DNA of 56,431 bases from an uncultured Candidatus Saccharibacteria bacterium (GTDB taxonomy: Bacteria; Patescibacteriota; Minisyncoccia; Minisyncoccales; CAYUYO01): the NCBI GenBank assembly GCA_964449385.1, contig CAYUYO010000004.1, positions 1 to 56,431 of the forward strand, read 5' to 3'. A model generated the notes under the pieces. That model saw only the letters and a list, made by a program, of their open reading frames with translations, was not told the origin of the DNA and did not search any database. Positions within the stretch are counted from its first letter, which is position 1; each line of letters starts with the position of its first letter. A program made the translations under genes and the position numbers. Positions 16,921 to 25,473 of this stretch are shown piece after piece.

Positions 16921-17211
16921 ATGGCGCAAGGTAAAAAAGTAACAGAAAAACAATGGAACGAATTTCTAAAAGTCCTCGGGGAGACGCTCGGTTTAATCGG
17001 AGCTACTTGTAGAAAAGTAGGGATTAGCCGCTGGACTTATTATGACCACCGATCAAAAGATAAAGAATTTGCTAAAAAAGCAGATCTAACCATAATGCAA
17101 ACGGGCGTAGCTTTTGCTGCGGATAAATTGCTCGAAGCAGTATCTCAAGGTGAGGGCTGGGCAATAAAATTTTTTTTAATGTGTAAAAGTAAGGAATGGC
17201 GGCCATACTAA
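16921..17211 (+). CDS. small HTH protein (terminase-small-subunit/excisionase-like)
   Basis: CRKVGISRWTYYDHRSKDKEFAKK HTH, with position immediately upstream of the recombinase gene. Confidence 0.4.
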   Translation: MAQGKKVTEKQWNEFLKVLGETLGLIGATCRKVGISRWTYYDHRSKDKEFAKKADLTIMQTGVAFAADKLLEAVSQGEGWAIKFFLMCKSKEWRPY

Positions 17212-17318
17212 GTTGTCCACTTGACTTCTTTTCTGGGTAGCACATTGTTTGTATTGAGCTGACGCTCCAGCCCTAAAAATGGCTCAGGTGGAGCGTCACC
17301 CGAGCCATTTTCAATAAC

Positions 17319-18956
17319 ATGAGCATGAACCAACAAGAAAAAATTAAATACTTGGTCTACTGCCGAAAATCTTCGGAACAAGAAGATAGGCAGGTACTAT
17401 CTATTGAATCTCAAAGAAACGAACTGGAAAGAATCATTGAAAACGAAGGATTAAAAGTTGTTGAGACATTGGAAGAATCTCATTCGGCAAAAAAGCCAGG
17501 CCGCCCTATCTTTGATAATCTTCTTGAAAAAATTGAAAAAGGAATCGCTAACGGACTCTTAGTTTGGAACGCAAATAGAATATCAAGAAATCCAATAGAT
17601 ACTGGCAGGATTGTTTATTTAATGGATGAAGGAAAACTGCTGGAAGTGAAGACGCCGGGCCAAGCATTTCGTAATACGCCCAACGATAAATTCTTACTCA
17701 ATCTCTTTTGTAGCCAGGCAAAATTGGAAAACGATAATAAAGGCGAAGATGTAAAACGTGGGCTGAAAACAAAAGCGGAAAAAGGAATGTATCCGGCGCC
17801 AGCTCCAACAGGATATATAAACGAAAAATATGCAGACAGGGGCAGCAAAAGAATACTGCCCGATCCTGAAAGGTTTGATCTGGTCAGAAAAATGTTTGAT
17901 ATGATGCTTAAAGGAATTCACTCGCCACTTCAAATTCTCAGAGCGGCTAATGACGAATGGGGTTTAAAAATGCCCAATGGTAAGAAAATGGGCAGAAGCA
18001 CTATCTATAACCTTTTTACCAATCCCGTTTATTACGGGATGTTTGAATATCCAAAACATAGTGGACTCTGGTATAAAGGCACTCACAAGCCAATGATAAC
18101 AGCTGAAGAATACGACCGAATTCAGTTCTTGCTCGGTAGAAAAGGGCGCCAGCGTCCTAAAACGCACGTCTTCGCCTTTACAGGACTTATACGATGCGCT
18201 GAGTGTGGTTGCATGGTTACGGCTGAAGAAAAGATAAAGAAACAGAAAAACGGCAACGTTCACCGATATATCTATTACCATTGCACCAAAAGGAAAAACC
18301 CGAACTGCACTCAAAAATGCATAGAGCAAAATGAATTGGAAAAACAAATCAAAGCCGCAATTGAAACAATCAGCATTCCGCCAGTGCTTCACGACTTTGC
18401 TCTGGAGTGGCTCAAAAAAGAAAACCAAAAAGAGTCGCATACCACAAACGTCGTGCTTGATACACAAGAAAAGAAATATAAAGACTGCCTGAAGAAATTA
18501 GCAGGTTTGATTGATATGAGGGCAGCTGGCGAAATAGATGAGGAAGAATTCAAATCAAGAAAACTTCCGCTAACTGCCGAGAAAAAGCGCTGGGAGCAGG
18601 TATTTACCAAAACCAGCCAGAGAGTGGATCAATGGCTAGATAAAGCTGACGAGATATTAGATTTCGCCCGAGATGCCAAAATAAGCTTCGAAAATGGCGA
18701 ACCCGACAATAAAAAAGAGATACTCTCCCGTTTAGGTTCGAACCTCCTGTTAAAAGACAAAATAATCGTAATTAACACCCAAAACACGCTGATTCCCATT
18801 CAGGCGCTTTCAACCGAAGATAAGCGGTTAGAACCTCTCAAAATAGGCAAAAATACGAAGGAGATAATGGAACTTTACTCAAAAAGTCCACGAATGCTGC
18901 GGGGCAAGGATTCGAACCTCGATCGATTGGACCAAAACCAACTGTCCTACCATTAG
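17319..18956 (+). CDS. large serine recombinase
   Basis: Resolvase-type N-domain (YCRKSSEQEDRQVLSIESQ, WNANRISRN), a recombinase domain, a zinc ribbon (CAECGCMV...YYHCTKRKNPNC) and a coiled-coil tail. The last 19 codons plus the stop lie antisense inside tRNA-Gln. Confidence 0.85.
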   Translation: MSMNQQEKIKYLVYCRKSSEQEDRQVLSIESQRNELERIIENEGLKVVETLEESHSAKKPGRPIFDNLLEKIEKGIANGLLVWNANRISRNPIDTGRIVYLMDEGKLLEVKTPGQAFRNTPNDKFLLNLFCSQAKLENDNKGEDVKRGLKTKAEKGMYPAPAPTGYINEKYADRGSKRILPDPERFDLVRKMFDMMLKGIHSPLQILRAANDEWGLKMPNGKKMGRSTIYNLFTNPVYYGMFEYPKHSGLWYKGTHKPMITAEEYDRIQFLLGRKGRQRPKTHVFAFTGLIRCAECGCMVTAEEKIKKQKNGNVHRYIYYHCTKRKNPNCTQKCIEQNELEKQIKAAIETISIPPVLHDFALEWLKKENQKESHTTNVVLDTQEKKYKDCLKKLAGLIDMRAAGEIDEEEFKSRKLPLTAEKKRWEQVFTKTSQRVDQWLDKADEILDFARDAKISFENGEPDNKKEILSRLGSNLLLKDKIIVINTQNTLIPIQALSTEDKRLEPLKIGKNTKEIMELYSKSPRMLRGKDSNLDRLDQNQLSYH

Positions 18957-18967
18957 ACGACCCCGCA
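18897..18967 (-). tRNA. tRNA-Gln (anticodon UUG)
   Basis: Manual cloverleaf: acceptor TGCGGGG/CCCCGCA, D stem GTCT/GGAC, anticodon stem GTTGG/CCAAT with loop TTTTGGT, T arm CGAGG-TTCGAAT-CCTTG. No CCA is encoded. Confidence 0.9.
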
Positions 18968-18970
18968 ATA

Positions 18971-20080
18971 TTAAGTTATTTGACAAGATTCGATGATGGC
19001 TAATTCCAAGGGTAACTGGGGTATAGGAGAATATTTTATTTTATTCTCGGCTTCCAGAAAAAGATTTAAAATATTTTGCAACTCAGTTTCTTTGAAAACT
19101 TCCGATTGTTTTTTTAATTTTTCTAATTCTTCTTTGGTCAATCCGGTAATAATAGGATTGGCTGAATCTGTTCCGACAATTTTTAAAATCAATGCCTGCC
19201 TTAAATAATTAATCAAAACCTTTGCAAATTCTTGAAGATCGGAACCTTTGTCGGTTATCTCGCGCAGAAAATCAATAGCCTTGAATGCTTTTTTTCCAGC
19301 AATAAAATCGCAGAATTTAGCTATTGATTCTATTTCTACCAATCCTAATAAATCTTTAATATTTTCAGCTTTAATTTCCTTGTTTTCTCCGGAAAAGGTT
19401 AATGTCTGATCCAATAATCCTTCAGCATCTCTTATTGATCCTCCGGCATTTAAAGCAATTAGTTCTAAAGCAGATTTTTCAATTTTAACTTTTTCTTTTT
19501 TAGAAATTATTTCCAGTCTTTTTATTATTTCCGGAACAGTTAGTTTTCTTAAATCAAACCGCTGGCACCTGGAAACAATAGTCGGAATCATTTTGTAGAT
19601 TTCAGTAGTTGCTAAGATAAAAATAGCGTAAGCAGGCGGTTCTTCTAAAGTTTTCAAAAGAGCGTTTGCCGCATCTTTTGTAAGCTGATGGCATTCGTCA
19701 ATAATAAATACTTTGTATTTTAATTTAGTAGGAGTGAATTTTATCCCATCTCTTAATTCTCTTACTCCGTCAATTCCTCCCTGGGAAGCAGCATCAATTT
19801 CAACTAAATCCAGAGTTCTTCCTTGATTAATATTCAAACAAGATGAACATTGATTGCAAGGTTCGGCTGTCCCCTCTTTCCGATTTTCACAATTAATAGC
19901 TTTGGCTAAAAGCCGGGCAATAGTAGTTTTCCCGCATCCTCTAGGTCCGCCAAATAAATAAGCATGGGAAATCATTCCTGAAGAAATAGCATTAGTTAAA
20001 GTCTGAACAACATGTTCTTGTCCGATAATTTCAGAAAAGGTTTTTGGCCTGTATTTACGATATAAAACCAAATTAGTCAT
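18971..20080 (-). CDS. dnaX: DNA polymerase III subunit gamma/tau (short form)
   Basis: Walker A GPRGCGKTT, zinc module CNQCSSC, DECHQL and SRCQRF. Confidence 0.9.
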   Translation of the reverse strand: MTNLVLYRKYRPKTFSEIIGQEHVVQTLTNAISSGMISHAYLFGGPRGCGKTTIARLLAKAINCENRKEGTAEPCNQCSSCLNINQGRTLDLVEIDAASQGGIDGVRELRDGIKFTPTKLKYKVFIIDECHQLTKDAANALLKTLEEPPAYAIFILATTEIYKMIPTIVSRCQRFDLRKLTVPEIIKRLEIISKKEKVKIEKSALELIALNAGGSIRDAEGLLDQTLTFSGENKEIKAENIKDLLGLVEIESIAKFCDFIAGKKAFKAIDFLREITDKGSDLQEFAKVLINYLRQALILKIVGTDSANPIITGLTKEELEKLKKQSEVFKETELQNILNLFLEAENKIKYSPIPQLPLELAIIESCQIT

Positions 20081-20131
20081 TTTTTATTGTTTTACTTTAG
20101 CATGAATTTCTTAAAAAGAGAAGTTTAGCGC

Positions 20132-20160
20132 TTGACAGGCAAATTTGCTGTTGTTAATCT
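20132..20160 (+). promoter_or_regulatory. sigma70-type promoter of the Cys leader / cysK-cysS operon
   Basis: TTGACA (20132-20137), a 17-nt spacer containing the palindrome GCAAATTTGC, then TAATCT (20155-20160). The ATG follows 12 nt later. Confidence 0.5.
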
Positions 20161-20172
20161 AAAAATAGAATA

Positions 20173-20262
20173 ATGAAAAAGAAAACTAACCTTATTATTT
20201 GTTGCAATTGTTGCAATTGTTGTACTTCTTTAAAAGAAGTGGTTAGTTTTATTAATTCTTAA
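20173..20262 (+). CDS. Cys-rich leader peptide MKKKTNLIICCNCCNCCTSLKEVVSFINS
   Basis: 29-codon ORF, below the ORF-track cutoff. Six Cys codons fall within 20200-20223. It lies upstream of cysteine synthase and Cys-tRNA ligase and is followed by alternative hairpins and a terminator. Confidence 0.6.
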   Translation: MKKKTNLIICCNCCNCCTSLKEVVSFINS

Positions 20263-20289
20263 TTCTTAATTTCTAATTTTTAAAACTAT

Positions 20290-20313
20290 CCTCTTCTTAA
20301 AAAGAGGTTTTTT
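20290..20313 (+). terminator. attenuator terminator upstream of cysK
   Basis: CCTCTT (20290-20295), a 6-nt loop, AAGAGG (20302-20307), then TTTTTT. It ends 18 nt before the cysK ATG. Confidence 0.5.
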
Positions 20314-20330
20314 ATTAAATAAAATTTAAT

Positions 20331-21173
20331 ATGAAAACAGAAAATATTTTAGATACAATCGGCAATACTCCTTTAATCAAAATTGATAATGTTTTTGCCA
20401 AATTAGAAACAATAAATCCTTCGGGTTCAATTAAAGACAGAATGGCAAAATACTTAATAGAAAAAGCAGAAGAAAGAGGAGAATTAAAACCAGGTTTTCA
20501 AATAATTGAGGCTACCTCAGGCAACACCGGAGTGAGTTTTGCTATGATTTCAGCCGTAAAAGGATATAAATTTATTGCTGTAATGCCGGAGAATACAAGT
20601 AAAGTAAAAAGGAAATTGATGAGAAACTTCGGAGCAGAGTTTGTTTTAACGCCGCAAACAGAACATTTAACAGGTGCTATTAAAAAAACTGAGGAACTGG
20701 CAAAAAAATATAAAAATGTTTGGCTGCCAAAACAATTTGAAAACTATGATAATGTTGAAGCTGTTAGAAAAAGCTTAGGCAAAGAAATTTTAGAGCAAAT
20801 GGACGAAGTTGATGCTTTTGTAGCCGGAATTGGCACCGGCGGAACGCTTATGGGAACAGCAAAAGCGTTAAAAATTAAGTTTCCCGAAGTAAAGATATTT
20901 GGAGTGGAAGCAGCCGAACTTCCCCATCAAATAGAAGGAATTTCAGACGGAATTGTGCCCAAAATTGTGGATTTTAATTTAATCGATGAAATGATTAAAA
21001 TTAAAAGCAAAGATGCGATTTTAATGGCGAAGCAGTTAGCTAAAAATAAAGGTTTATTGGTTGGAATTTCTTCGGGAGCTAATGTTTTAGCGGCTCTGAA
21101 ACTGAGCGAGAAATATAAGAATGTGATTACAGTGTTGCCTGACCGGGCTGAAAGATATGCTGAATTATGTTAA
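20331..21173 (+). CDS. cysK: cysteine synthase / O-acetylserine sulfhydrylase family (short form)
   Basis: PLP-Lys motif SGSIKDRMA, plus SGNTGVS and GTGGT. Confidence 0.8.
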   Translation: MKTENILDTIGNTPLIKIDNVFAKLETINPSGSIKDRMAKYLIEKAEERGELKPGFQIIEATSGNTGVSFAMISAVKGYKFIAVMPENTSKVKRKLMRNFGAEFVLTPQTEHLTGAIKKTEELAKKYKNVWLPKQFENYDNVEAVRKSLGKEILEQMDEVDAFVAGIGTGGTLMGTAKALKIKFPEVKIFGVEAAELPHQIEGISDGIVPKIVDFNLIDEMIKIKSKDAILMAKQLAKNKGLLVGISSGANVLAALKLSEKYKNVITVLPDRAERYAELC

Positions 21174-21184
21174 AATAAATTAAC

Positions 21185-22579
21185 ATGCTAAGAGTTTATA
21201 ATACGCTTTCCAAGAAAAAGGAGAATTTTAAACCCTTTAAAGATAAAAAAGTTGGTTTTTATACTTGTGGACCAACTGTTTACTGGTTTGCCCATATTGG
21301 TAATTTAAGAAGTTATCTTTTTTCCGATATTTTGAAGAAGGTTTTAGATTACAATCATTACCGTGTTAAATATGTGATGAATTTCACTGATATTGATGAT
21401 AAAACTATTAAAGGAACAATAGAAAAATACGGGAAAAATGTAAATAAAAGTGATCTAAAAAATTATACTGAAAAATATATTAAAATATTTAAAAACGACA
21501 TCAAAAAATTAAATATTGAACAGCCTTATTTTGTAAGGGCTACAGATACTATTGAAGATATAAAAAAAGTAATTAAGATTTTAATTAAAAAAGGATTTGC
21601 TTATATTAAGGAAGGTTCTACTTATTTTAATATTCAGAAATATAATCAAAAATATAAAGATTACGGAAATTTAGCAGGAAAGAATTTTTTAAAGGGCTTG
21701 AAATTAGGAGAAATAATTAGTGTTGATGAATATCAGAAAGAAAACATTGGAGATTTTGTTCTTTGGAAAAAGTGGGATAAAGAAAGAGATAAGAATATTT
21801 TTTGGACAGATCCTGTTTTAGGAAAGGGACGGCCAGGCTGGCATATTGAATGTTCGGTAATATCAATGAAATATTTAGGAAAACAATTTGATATTCATTC
21901 GGGCGGAGTGGATTTAATTTTTCCTCATCATTCTAACGAAATAGCTCAATCCCAAGCCTTTAGCGATAAAGTTCCTTTTGTGAAATATTGGATACATCCG
22001 GAACACTTAATGGTTGAAGAAGAAAAAATGGCAAAGTCAAAAGGAAATTTTTATACCTTAAAAGACATTGAGAAAAAATTTAATCCCATAGCCCTTCGTT
22101 ATCTATTTTTATCTTCTCATTATCGTTCTAAGTTAAATTTTACTTGGAAAAGCATAGAATCAAGCCAAAATGCCTTAAACAGGCTTTACGAAAAAATAAA
22201 AGAGCTTAAAAAAGAAGGAACAGTTAAGAAATTGGGATTAAAAGCAAAAGTATATCAGAGTAAATTTTTAGAATATATTAATAACGACTTGGATACCGTA
22301 AGAGCTTTGGCTTTAACTTGGAAAATAATTGAAGCTAAAGATATTTCTAAACAAGAAAAATATAATTTATTATTAGACTTTGATAAGATTTTTGGCTTGG
22401 GCTTAGCTGAAATCAAGAAAGAAAAAATTCCAGAAAATGTTTTAACATTAACCAAAGAAAGAGAAAAATATCGCCTAAAAAGCCAATGGAAGAAAGCCGA
22501 TGAAATTAGAAATAAAATTAAAAAAATGGGTTATTGGGTGGAGGACACTAAGAAAGGGTCAAAATTGAAACGGATATAA
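21185..22579 (+). CDS. cysS: cysteine--tRNA ligase
   Basis: HIGH motif HIGNLRSY, KMSKS motif KMAKSKGN, and GRPGWHIEC. Confidence 0.9.
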   Translation: MLRVYNTLSKKKENFKPFKDKKVGFYTCGPTVYWFAHIGNLRSYLFSDILKKVLDYNHYRVKYVMNFTDIDDKTIKGTIEKYGKNVNKSDLKNYTEKYIKIFKNDIKKLNIEQPYFVRATDTIEDIKKVIKILIKKGFAYIKEGSTYFNIQKYNQKYKDYGNLAGKNFLKGLKLGEIISVDEYQKENIGDFVLWKKWDKERDKNIFWTDPVLGKGRPGWHIECSVISMKYLGKQFDIHSGGVDLIFPHHSNEIAQSQAFSDKVPFVKYWIHPEHLMVEEEKMAKSKGNFYTLKDIEKKFNPIALRYLFLSSHYRSKLNFTWKSIESSQNALNRLYEKIKELKKEGTVKKLGLKAKVYQSKFLEYINNDLDTVRALALTWKIIEAKDISKQEKYNLLLDFDKIFGLGLAEIKKEKIPENVLTLTKEREKYRLKSQWKKADEIRNKIKKMGYWVEDTKKGSKLKRI

Positions 22580-22603
22580 GATAAATATAAGATATAAAAT
22601 AGT

Positions 22604-22634
22604 GGAGGCGTCTCTTTTTTAGGGAAACGCCTCC
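22604..22634. terminator. hairpin between the convergent cysS and small-ORF transcripts
   Basis: GGAGGCGT (22604-22611) pairs with ACGCCTCC (22627-22634). No clean U-tract on either side. Confidence 0.45.
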
Positions 22635-22643
22635 TGGAATGAA

Positions 22644-22859
22644 TCAACAAGGAATCACTAACAAATTACAGGGGAATTCTGCAACCCCTCCTGTACGAGT
22701 GTTCCTCGCCGAAACTCCCCTCTCTGTGGAGTAGAAGTTAAGGATGAGATAGACATCCCCATCAGGGGATATCCTGAATCGCTCATTTCCTTTCTTCTCT
22801 CCATTCTTCCGCCGGTCCTGGCGGCGCTGGTACAATCCTACCAAACTTACTCTTTCCAA
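22644..22859 (-). CDS. small GC-rich hypothetical protein, TTG start with a strong SD
   Basis: AAGGAGG lies 5 nt upstream of the TTG. The region is visibly GC-richer than its flanks. It sits 30 nt downstream of the GT4 gene. Confidence 0.5.
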   Translation of the reverse strand: MERVSLVGLYQRRQDRRKNGEKKGNERFRISPDGDVYLILNFYSTERGVSARNTRTGGVAEFPCNLLVIPC

Positions 22860-22889
22860 TTGTTCCTCCTTCTGCCAACTGCGAAATTA

Positions 22890-24077
22890 CTACATTTTAT
22901 TATAAATTTTATTAATGATCTTGTCAAGAGAAAAAATCTTTACTTTTTTCTTTTTCTTTTTTTGACATAATTTATAAAAATCTAAAACTTGATCAGCAAC
23001 TTTAGACCAGGAATAATTTTGAGCTTCTTTCCATCCCCTTCCCCCTACTTCTTTCCTTAGTTTTTTGTTTTTAATTAAAACTTCTATTTTTTTAGCTAAA
23101 GCTTGATAATCTTTGGGTTTAACTAAAAATTTCTCCCCCTTTTTTCCTTTAAGAAATTGTTTATAACCTAAATTGGCGAAAGCTACTACCGGCTTTCCGC
23201 AAGCCATTGCTTCTAAAAGCACCAAGCCGAAACTCTCGCCAAAAATAGCCGGACTTACAAAAATATCGCAAGTTCGGTAATAAGGAGGAAGTTTTTTACC
23301 TATAACTTCTCCTTCAAAAACAACATTTTTTAATTTATTTTCCTTAACGTATTCTTGGCAGTTTTCTTTTAATTCTCCTTCACCAACTATAATTAAACGA
23401 AGATTGGAGAATTTTTTAGTTAAAATCTTATAAGCTTTTAAGAGATAAATTAAACCTTTTCTTTCTTCAATCCTACCAACAAATAAAATATTAATTTTAT
23501 CATCAAGAAATTTTTTAATCTTTGGAACCTTTAAGTTAAACTCGTCTAAATCTATTCCGTTTGGAATAACTATTTTCGGTCCCTTAAAATCTTTGGCAAT
23601 TTTAAGATTCAGAGGAGCTACGCCGATTGCACCGTCAATTTTCCATTGGGCAATTTTTTTACAAAGATAAAAAAAACCTGACATTTTTAAAAATTTACTT
23701 TTTTCAGTATTAGCGTGAATGGTTAAGATATTTAAAGCTTTAGACCTTTCTAAAATCTGCCATCCTGACGGAAAGATAAAATTATGAAAATGTAAAACAT
23801 CAAACTTCTCTTTTTTAAGAAGTTTTTCTATAGCTAATGGATTAAAATTAATATCAATATCTCCTTGGGTTCCAGCAATAGTAATAGGAAAAGAAGTTCC
23901 AGACAAAATAACGTTTTTACCGTAAAACTCTTTTCTTTTTCTTCTTTGGATAATAATTTTTGATTTAATCCCCTTTTTTTTAAATTCTTTATCCAAACTT
24001 AAAACATGTCTTTTAACTCCTCCTGGTTGAGAAAAGGAATGAAACGAAATTAAGCCAATCTTGAGTTTTTTCACCAT
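22890..24077 (-). CDS. family 4 glycosyltransferase
   Basis: ESFGLVLLEAMACGKPVV motif. The start is set at ATG 24077 (MVKKLKIGLISF) because the longer ORF runs into dnaB. Confidence 0.8.
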   Translation of the reverse strand: MVKKLKIGLISFHSFSQPGGVKRHVLSLDKEFKKKGIKSKIIIQRRKRKEFYGKNVILSGTSFPITIAGTQGDIDINFNPLAIEKLLKKEKFDVLHFHNFIFPSGWQILERSKALNILTIHANTEKSKFLKMSGFFYLCKKIAQWKIDGAIGVAPLNLKIAKDFKGPKIVIPNGIDLDEFNLKVPKIKKFLDDKINILFVGRIEERKGLIYLLKAYKILTKKFSNLRLIIVGEGELKENCQEYVKENKLKNVVFEGEVIGKKLPPYYRTCDIFVSPAIFGESFGLVLLEAMACGKPVVAFANLGYKQFLKGKKGEKFLVKPKDYQALAKKIEVLIKNKKLRKEVGGRGWKEAQNYSWSKVADQVLDFYKLCQKKKKKKVKIFSLDKIINKIYNKM

Positions 24078-24096
24078 ATTTGATATATTATACTCG

Positions 24097-25473
24097 ATGA
24101 CTGATAACTCTTCAAATTTTGAACTTCCTGACAAGCTGCCTCCTCAAAATATTGAAGCCGAACAATCCCTTCTCGGCTGCTTGATGTTAGATAAAAATGC
24201 CATGGTTAAAGTGGCTGATTCTTTGAAACCTAAGGATTTTTATCGAGGAACTCACCAAAAAATTTATCAAGCCAGTTTAGATTTATTTGAAAAAGGAGAG
24301 CCAATTGATTTATTATCTCTTTCCAGCCGTCTTAAAGAAAAAGAACAATTTGAAGAAATTGGCGGGAGCAGTTATTTAACTGAATTAATAAATTCTGTAC
24401 CTACGGCAAGTCATGTCTTAAGTTATGCTAAAATTGTTCAAAGAAAAAGCGTTTTGAGAGATTTAATTTCTGCCAGTCAGGAAATTGGAATACTGGGATA
24501 TAAAGAAAGCGAAGACAGCGACTTACTTTTAGACGAAGCCGAGAGAAAGATTTTCAGTATTGCTCAAAAATCATTAAACCAAAACTTTATCCCGATAAAA
24601 GATACCCTAGAAGATGCTTTTGAAAGAATTGATAAATTGTCTAAACACGAGGGAGGTCTTAGAGGTTTGCCCACTGGCTTTACTGCTTTAGACAATATGT
24701 TAGCCGGTTTCCAGAAATCCGATTTAATAATTCTAGCTTCCAGACCTTCTATGGGAAAAAGTGCTTTAGCTACTAATATTGCTGCTAATATTGCTACTTC
24801 TCAAAAAATACCGGTAGGGATATTTAGCTTGGAAATGTCAAAAGACCAAGTAGTAGATAGATTAATTGCCAGTTTGGCTAATATTGATTTATGGAGATTA
24901 AGAACCGGGAGACTTTCTGGAGATGGAGAAGAAAATGATTTTTCTAAAATTCAAAAAGCAATAGGAGTTTTATCTGAAGCACCGATTTATGTTGACGATG
25001 CTGCTTCGGCAAATATTCTTCAAATGAGAGCTATGGCTAGAAGATTGCAAGCTGAAAAAGGATTAGGACTGATTATTGTTGATTATTTACAACTAATGGA
25101 GCCGAGGAACCCTTCTGATCAAATGGTAAGGCAGATAACCGAGATTTCACGTTCTTTGAAAGGATTGGCCAGAGAGCTTGATATTCCTGTTCTAGCCCTA
25201 TCTCAGCTCTCCAGAGCAGTAGAACAAAGGTCTCCTCAGAAACCGAGATTAGCCGACCTTCGTGAATCAGGCTCGTTGGAGCAGGATGCGGACGTAGTCT
25301 TGTTTATTTATCGGGAGGATCGCTATCGACCTGATACTCCCAGGAAAAACATCGCTGATATAATTATAGCTAAACACCGTAATGGTCCGGTTGGAAATGT
25401 TGAGTTGTATTTTAATGACCAAGAAGTTACTTTTTACAATTTGGAAAAACAACACACTATTGAAGAAGAATAA
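24097..25473 (+). CDS. dnaB: replicative DNA helicase DnaB
   Basis: NIEAEQSLLGCLM and Walker A SRPSMGKSALA, plus RELDIPVLALSQLSR and SGSLEQDADVV. The start is set at ATG 24097. Confidence 0.9.
   Translation: MTDNSSNFELPDKLPPQNIEAEQSLLGCLMLDKNAMVKVADSLKPKDFYRGTHQKIYQASLDLFEKGEPIDLLSLSSRLKEKEQFEEIGGSSYLTELINSVPTASHVLSYAKIVQRKSVLRDLISASQEIGILGYKESEDSDLLLDEAERKIFSIAQKSLNQNFIPIKDTLEDAFERIDKLSKHEGGLRGLPTGFTALDNMLAGFQKSDLIILASRPSMGKSALATNIAANIATSQKIPVGIFSLEMSKDQVVDRLIASLANIDLWRLRTGRLSGDGEENDFSKIQKAIGVLSEAPIYVDDAASANILQMRAMARRLQAEKGLGLIIVDYLQLMEPRNPSDQMVRQITEISRSLKGLARELDIPVLALSQLSRAVEQRSPQKPRLADLRESGSLEQDADVVLFIYREDRYRPDTPRKNIADIIIAKHRNGPVGNVELYFNDQEVTFYNLEKQHTIEEE

Larger units (their letters stand above)
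8364..18967. mobile_element. integrated element (integrative island or prophage remnant) abutting tRNA-Gln; left boundary not defined
   Basis: Large serine recombinase at the right end overlapping tRNA-Gln. The interior holds an R-M module, an endolysin-like muramidase, a HEPN-like gene, DUF5659-like, rep-like wHTH and small HTH genes, and iteron-like repeats. Core genes flank it (tspO on the left, dnaX on the right). Confidence 0.45.

Noticed and set aside
20196-20280. Short tandem repeats (TGTTGCAAT x2.5; AATTCTTAATTCTTAATTTCTAAT) as a possible CRISPR or satellite
   Set aside because: There are too few units and they are too short. The first repeat is the Cys-Asn codon run of the leader peptide, and the second is AT-rich spacer before the attenuator terminator.
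20081-20330. A T-box riboswitch upstream of cysK-cysS
   Set aside because: No T-box consensus (AATTAGGGTGGTACCGCG-like) or specifier-loop architecture is visible. The leader-peptide model fits better.
22640-22890. A GC-rich patch as a structured ncRNA
   Set aside because: It contains a clean 71-codon frame with AAGGAGG 5 nt from a TTG start, and I recognise no RNA family motifs. It is kept as a probable small CDS, though an RNA is not excluded.
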